Positions 36,737 to 37,633 of a stretch of DNA of 37,633 bases are shown piece after piece. Positions within the stretch are counted from its first letter, which is position 1; every line of letters starts with the position of its first letter. This DNA comes from Oxalobacteraceae bacterium. Its GTDB lineage: Bacteria; Pseudomonadota; Gammaproteobacteria; Burkholderiales; Burkholderiaceae_D. The notes beneath the pieces are model-generated. The model saw only the letters and a list, made by a program, of their open reading frames with translations. It ran no database searches and had not been told where the DNA came from. The stretch lies in assembly GCA_947446335.1 (NCBI GenBank), contig CANFGA010000001.1, positions 1 to 37,633 of the forward strand, read 5' to 3'. Made by a program: the position numbers and the translations under genes.

Positions 36737-37633
36737 TCAAAAAGTGTGGCGAATGCCCGTCATGATGCCGCTCTGAGTCATGCCCACGCCGACGGTACTG
36801 CCAGCGCTGACGGCGATGGCAGCGGCGCCATCGTTGCGGACATGACCGAGCGACACATAGAGCGCGCTGCGTTTGGACAATTGGCAAGTTGCTCGCACGG
36901 CGAGCTGGGTCGATGCATCGGCGCTGTGCTTGATGTCGAGTCGGGCCACCTGGGAGTCCAGCACCCAGTTTTGCGCAAAGGGATACGAGAGGCCCAGATA
37001 ATACAAATGCGCCGTGTTGTCCCTTGCCGCATGGGTCTTGCGCTCGATGAATCCGGCGCCCACCTTGCTCTCGCCCAGCAAGGCATAACCATTCAAGGAA
37101 AGGCGCTCGACATGGTAATCGCTGCTGGTCAATCCGCCCGCAGCGCCCGGGCCGCCATTAAGCTTGTCGTAAGCAGTAGCAACGCCAAAGGACGGGGCGT
37201 CATAAGCGAGCAGCGCAGTGAACTGGCGGCAAGCCTGCGCATTGCCGGCGATTTCACCGGGACAATTGCTCGCCGACGGCCCGCCGGCGGCAGCGGCATC
37301 GCGCCCAGTGCTGTAGGTGGCGCCGACCGACAGCTCGGAAAACTTGCCCAGATAGCCGATCGCGTTGTCGCTGCGTGCATTGGGCAAATAGCCATCCATG
37401 TTCGACATGCCGTGGATGTTCGGTCCCATCACGTCCGCCTTCATGTACGACAAGAACGTCATGTTGACCTGGCGACCGAGGGTCACCGTACCATAGGCAT
37501 GCTTCAAGCCGACATTGGCCTGGCGCCCGAACAGCCTGCCGCCCTGCCCTTGCGCGCCGGTATCCACGCCCAACCCGGTTTCGAGCACGAAGAATGCGGT
37601 CAAGTCTGCGCCCAGATCCTCGGTGCCCCTGAA
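36737..37633 (-). CDS. Gram-negative (Burkholderiales-type) outer membrane porin, 5' end outside the window
   Basis: FRGTEDLG..LTAFFVLE, FGRQANVGL, GTVTLGRQ, LSKRS.LY, C-terminal GIRHTF; frame open to the window edge. Confidence 0.92.
   Translation of the reverse strand, partial: FRGTEDLGADLTAFFVLETGLGVDTGAQGQGGRLFGRQANVGLKHAYGTVTLGRQVNMTFLSYMKADVMGPNIHGMSNMDGYLPNARSDNAIGYLGKFSELSVGATYSTGRDAAAAGGPSASNCPGEIAGNAQACRQFTALLAYDAPSFGVATAYDKLNGGPGAAGGLTSSDYHVERLSLNGYALLGESKVGAGFIERKTHAARDNTAHLYYLGLSYPFAQNWVLDSQVARLDIKHSADASTQLAVRATCQLSKRSALYVSLGHVRNDGAAAIAVSAGSTVGVGMTQSGIMTGIRHTF

Noticed and set aside
1-37633. Mobile elements, prophage, defence systems, tRNA/rRNA, riboswitches
   Set aside because: No transposase, integrase, nuclease or structured-RNA signature recognised by eye; an Rfam/Infernal scan of the intergenic regions would be needed to exclude small RNAs.

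Overview
GC-rich betaproteobacterial DNA (Burkholderiales-like, inferred from gene order and the porin type). Most of the window is a glycine-betaine (GB) to dimethylglycine (DMG) to sarcosine to glycine catabolic cluster. In order: a 3'-truncated Cache/PAS hybrid histidine kinase (minus, absent from the ORF track); soxBDAG-purU; a complete LIV/HAAT-type ABC importer divergent from a GlxA/SouR-like AraC regulator; a long minus-strand operon glyA(pseudo)-dipeptidase-V4R-dgcAB-etfAB-gbcAB; a proV/choW-like ABC core, gbdR and choX; a DadA-like flavoprotein with an orphan LivK-like binding protein; a second betaine-type binding protein; an ABM-domain membrane protein; and a 5'-truncated porin. I saw no rRNA, tRNA, CRISPR array or mobile element. 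The core pathway is known from Pseudomonas and Burkholderia. The less ordinary points are: (i) glyA collapsed by a large internal deletion, plus a probable eroded sdaA tail before soxB, suggesting loss of the glycine-serine-pyruvate exit while purU is kept; (ii) a recurring ATGTCG half-site pair with 21-bp period placed 37-38 bp before -10-like hexamers at most promoters; (iii) a HAAT importer apparently wired into this regulon (candidate sarcosine/N-methyl amino acid transporter); (iv) a dipeptidase homolog lacking canonical metal ligands, paired with a V4R protein; (v) short tandem repeats in a sensor domain and over a regulator RBS. All calls come from motif recognition by eye; no searches were run.
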